A DNA stretch of 64,000 nucleotides, taken from contig CATNEN010000003.1 in the NCBI GenBank assembly GCA_950097015.1, positions 9,424,001 to 9,488,000 on the forward strand. Reading direction: 5' to 3'. This document shows, in pieces, positions 63,801-64,000 of this stretch. The DNA is from Macrostomum hystrix. Lineage: Eukaryota > Animalia > Platyhelminthes. The stretch's first letter is position 1. Every line of letters begins with the position of its first letter. The translations under genes were made by a program, and so were the position numbers. The notes below the pieces were generated by a model. It ran no database searches. It worked only from the letters and a program-made list of their open reading frames with translations, and had not been told where the DNA came from.

Positions 63801-64000
63801 GCCAAGCAAAACGACCAGTAAGATAAAAAGTCATAACTGATCAAAATGACCAGTTAGCAAAATAGTCATCACCGACCAAAATGACCAGAAGATAACGAAC
63901 TAGAAGAAGTCATTAACAAATCTAAAAATAGTTGGTAGATTGGACCACTTACCTAGAGGATATGGACTGCTCAACATTAGTGTCGGTAGCCAGAGTATCT
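60819..64000 (-). CDS. 3' portion of a fibronectin type III repeat-containing single-pass membrane protein (gene continues beyond the window)
   Basis: Minus-strand exons >64000-63953, 63692-63580, 63516-63374, 63289-63106, 62112-61901, 61352-60819, all GT-AG and phase-compatible. FN3 signatures LDHLQGCSLYAMRVQV...GYGPAS, PPKNVR...ITWNAP, LESGTLYRLMV. TM helix LGLLVAGSVTLAITMLGSGLVFV followed by RRR. Confidence 0.85.
61535..61783 (+). mobile_element. tRNA-derived SINE family A copy in an intron of the FN3 gene
   Basis: A box TGGCAGAGCG, B box GGCTCGATTCC, hairpin, TG-rich tail; homologous to 27730-27998. Confidence 0.82.
62255..63070. repeat. 21-bp minisatellite in an intron of the FN3 gene
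   Basis: Unit GGATTATCGGATTTGGTATCT. Confidence 0.95.

Overview
This is eukaryotic (metazoan) genomic DNA with GT-AG introns, not prokaryotic. The GC-rich exons, tandem-repeat-filled introns and tRNA-derived SINEs fit an invertebrate, possibly a free-living flatworm such as Macrostomum (inference only). Genes reconstructed by hand from splice sites: (1) a complete 9-exon carnitine O-palmitoyltransferase 1 (551-13132, +, 777 aa) whose catalytic His lies on a 26-nt microexon; (2) a 3-exon class A GPCR (17392-20083, +); (3) three intronless orphan class A GPCRs plus one inverted pseudogene (24516-35345), with an acidic low-complexity ORF nested among them; (4) a 4-exon p38-type MAP kinase with TGY but DLG in place of DFG (41828-44431, +); (5) a 3-exon MFSD8/CLN7-like MFS transporter (49083-58015, +); (6) the 3' end of a fibronectin type III single-pass membrane protein (60819-64000, -). 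More than 20 distinct tandem arrays are present, and most introns carry their own. Mobile elements include two SINE families, MITEs with 8-bp target duplications and a truncated RTE-like LINE. Most long ORFs in the supplied track are repeat artefacts. No clearly novel multi-gene system can be established. The best leads are arrays whose units look like complete mini-introns, the antisense bias of splice donors in intronic arrays, mosaic GPCR paralogues, a near-perfect RFX X-box beside the GPCRs, the active-site microexon and the DLG p38.
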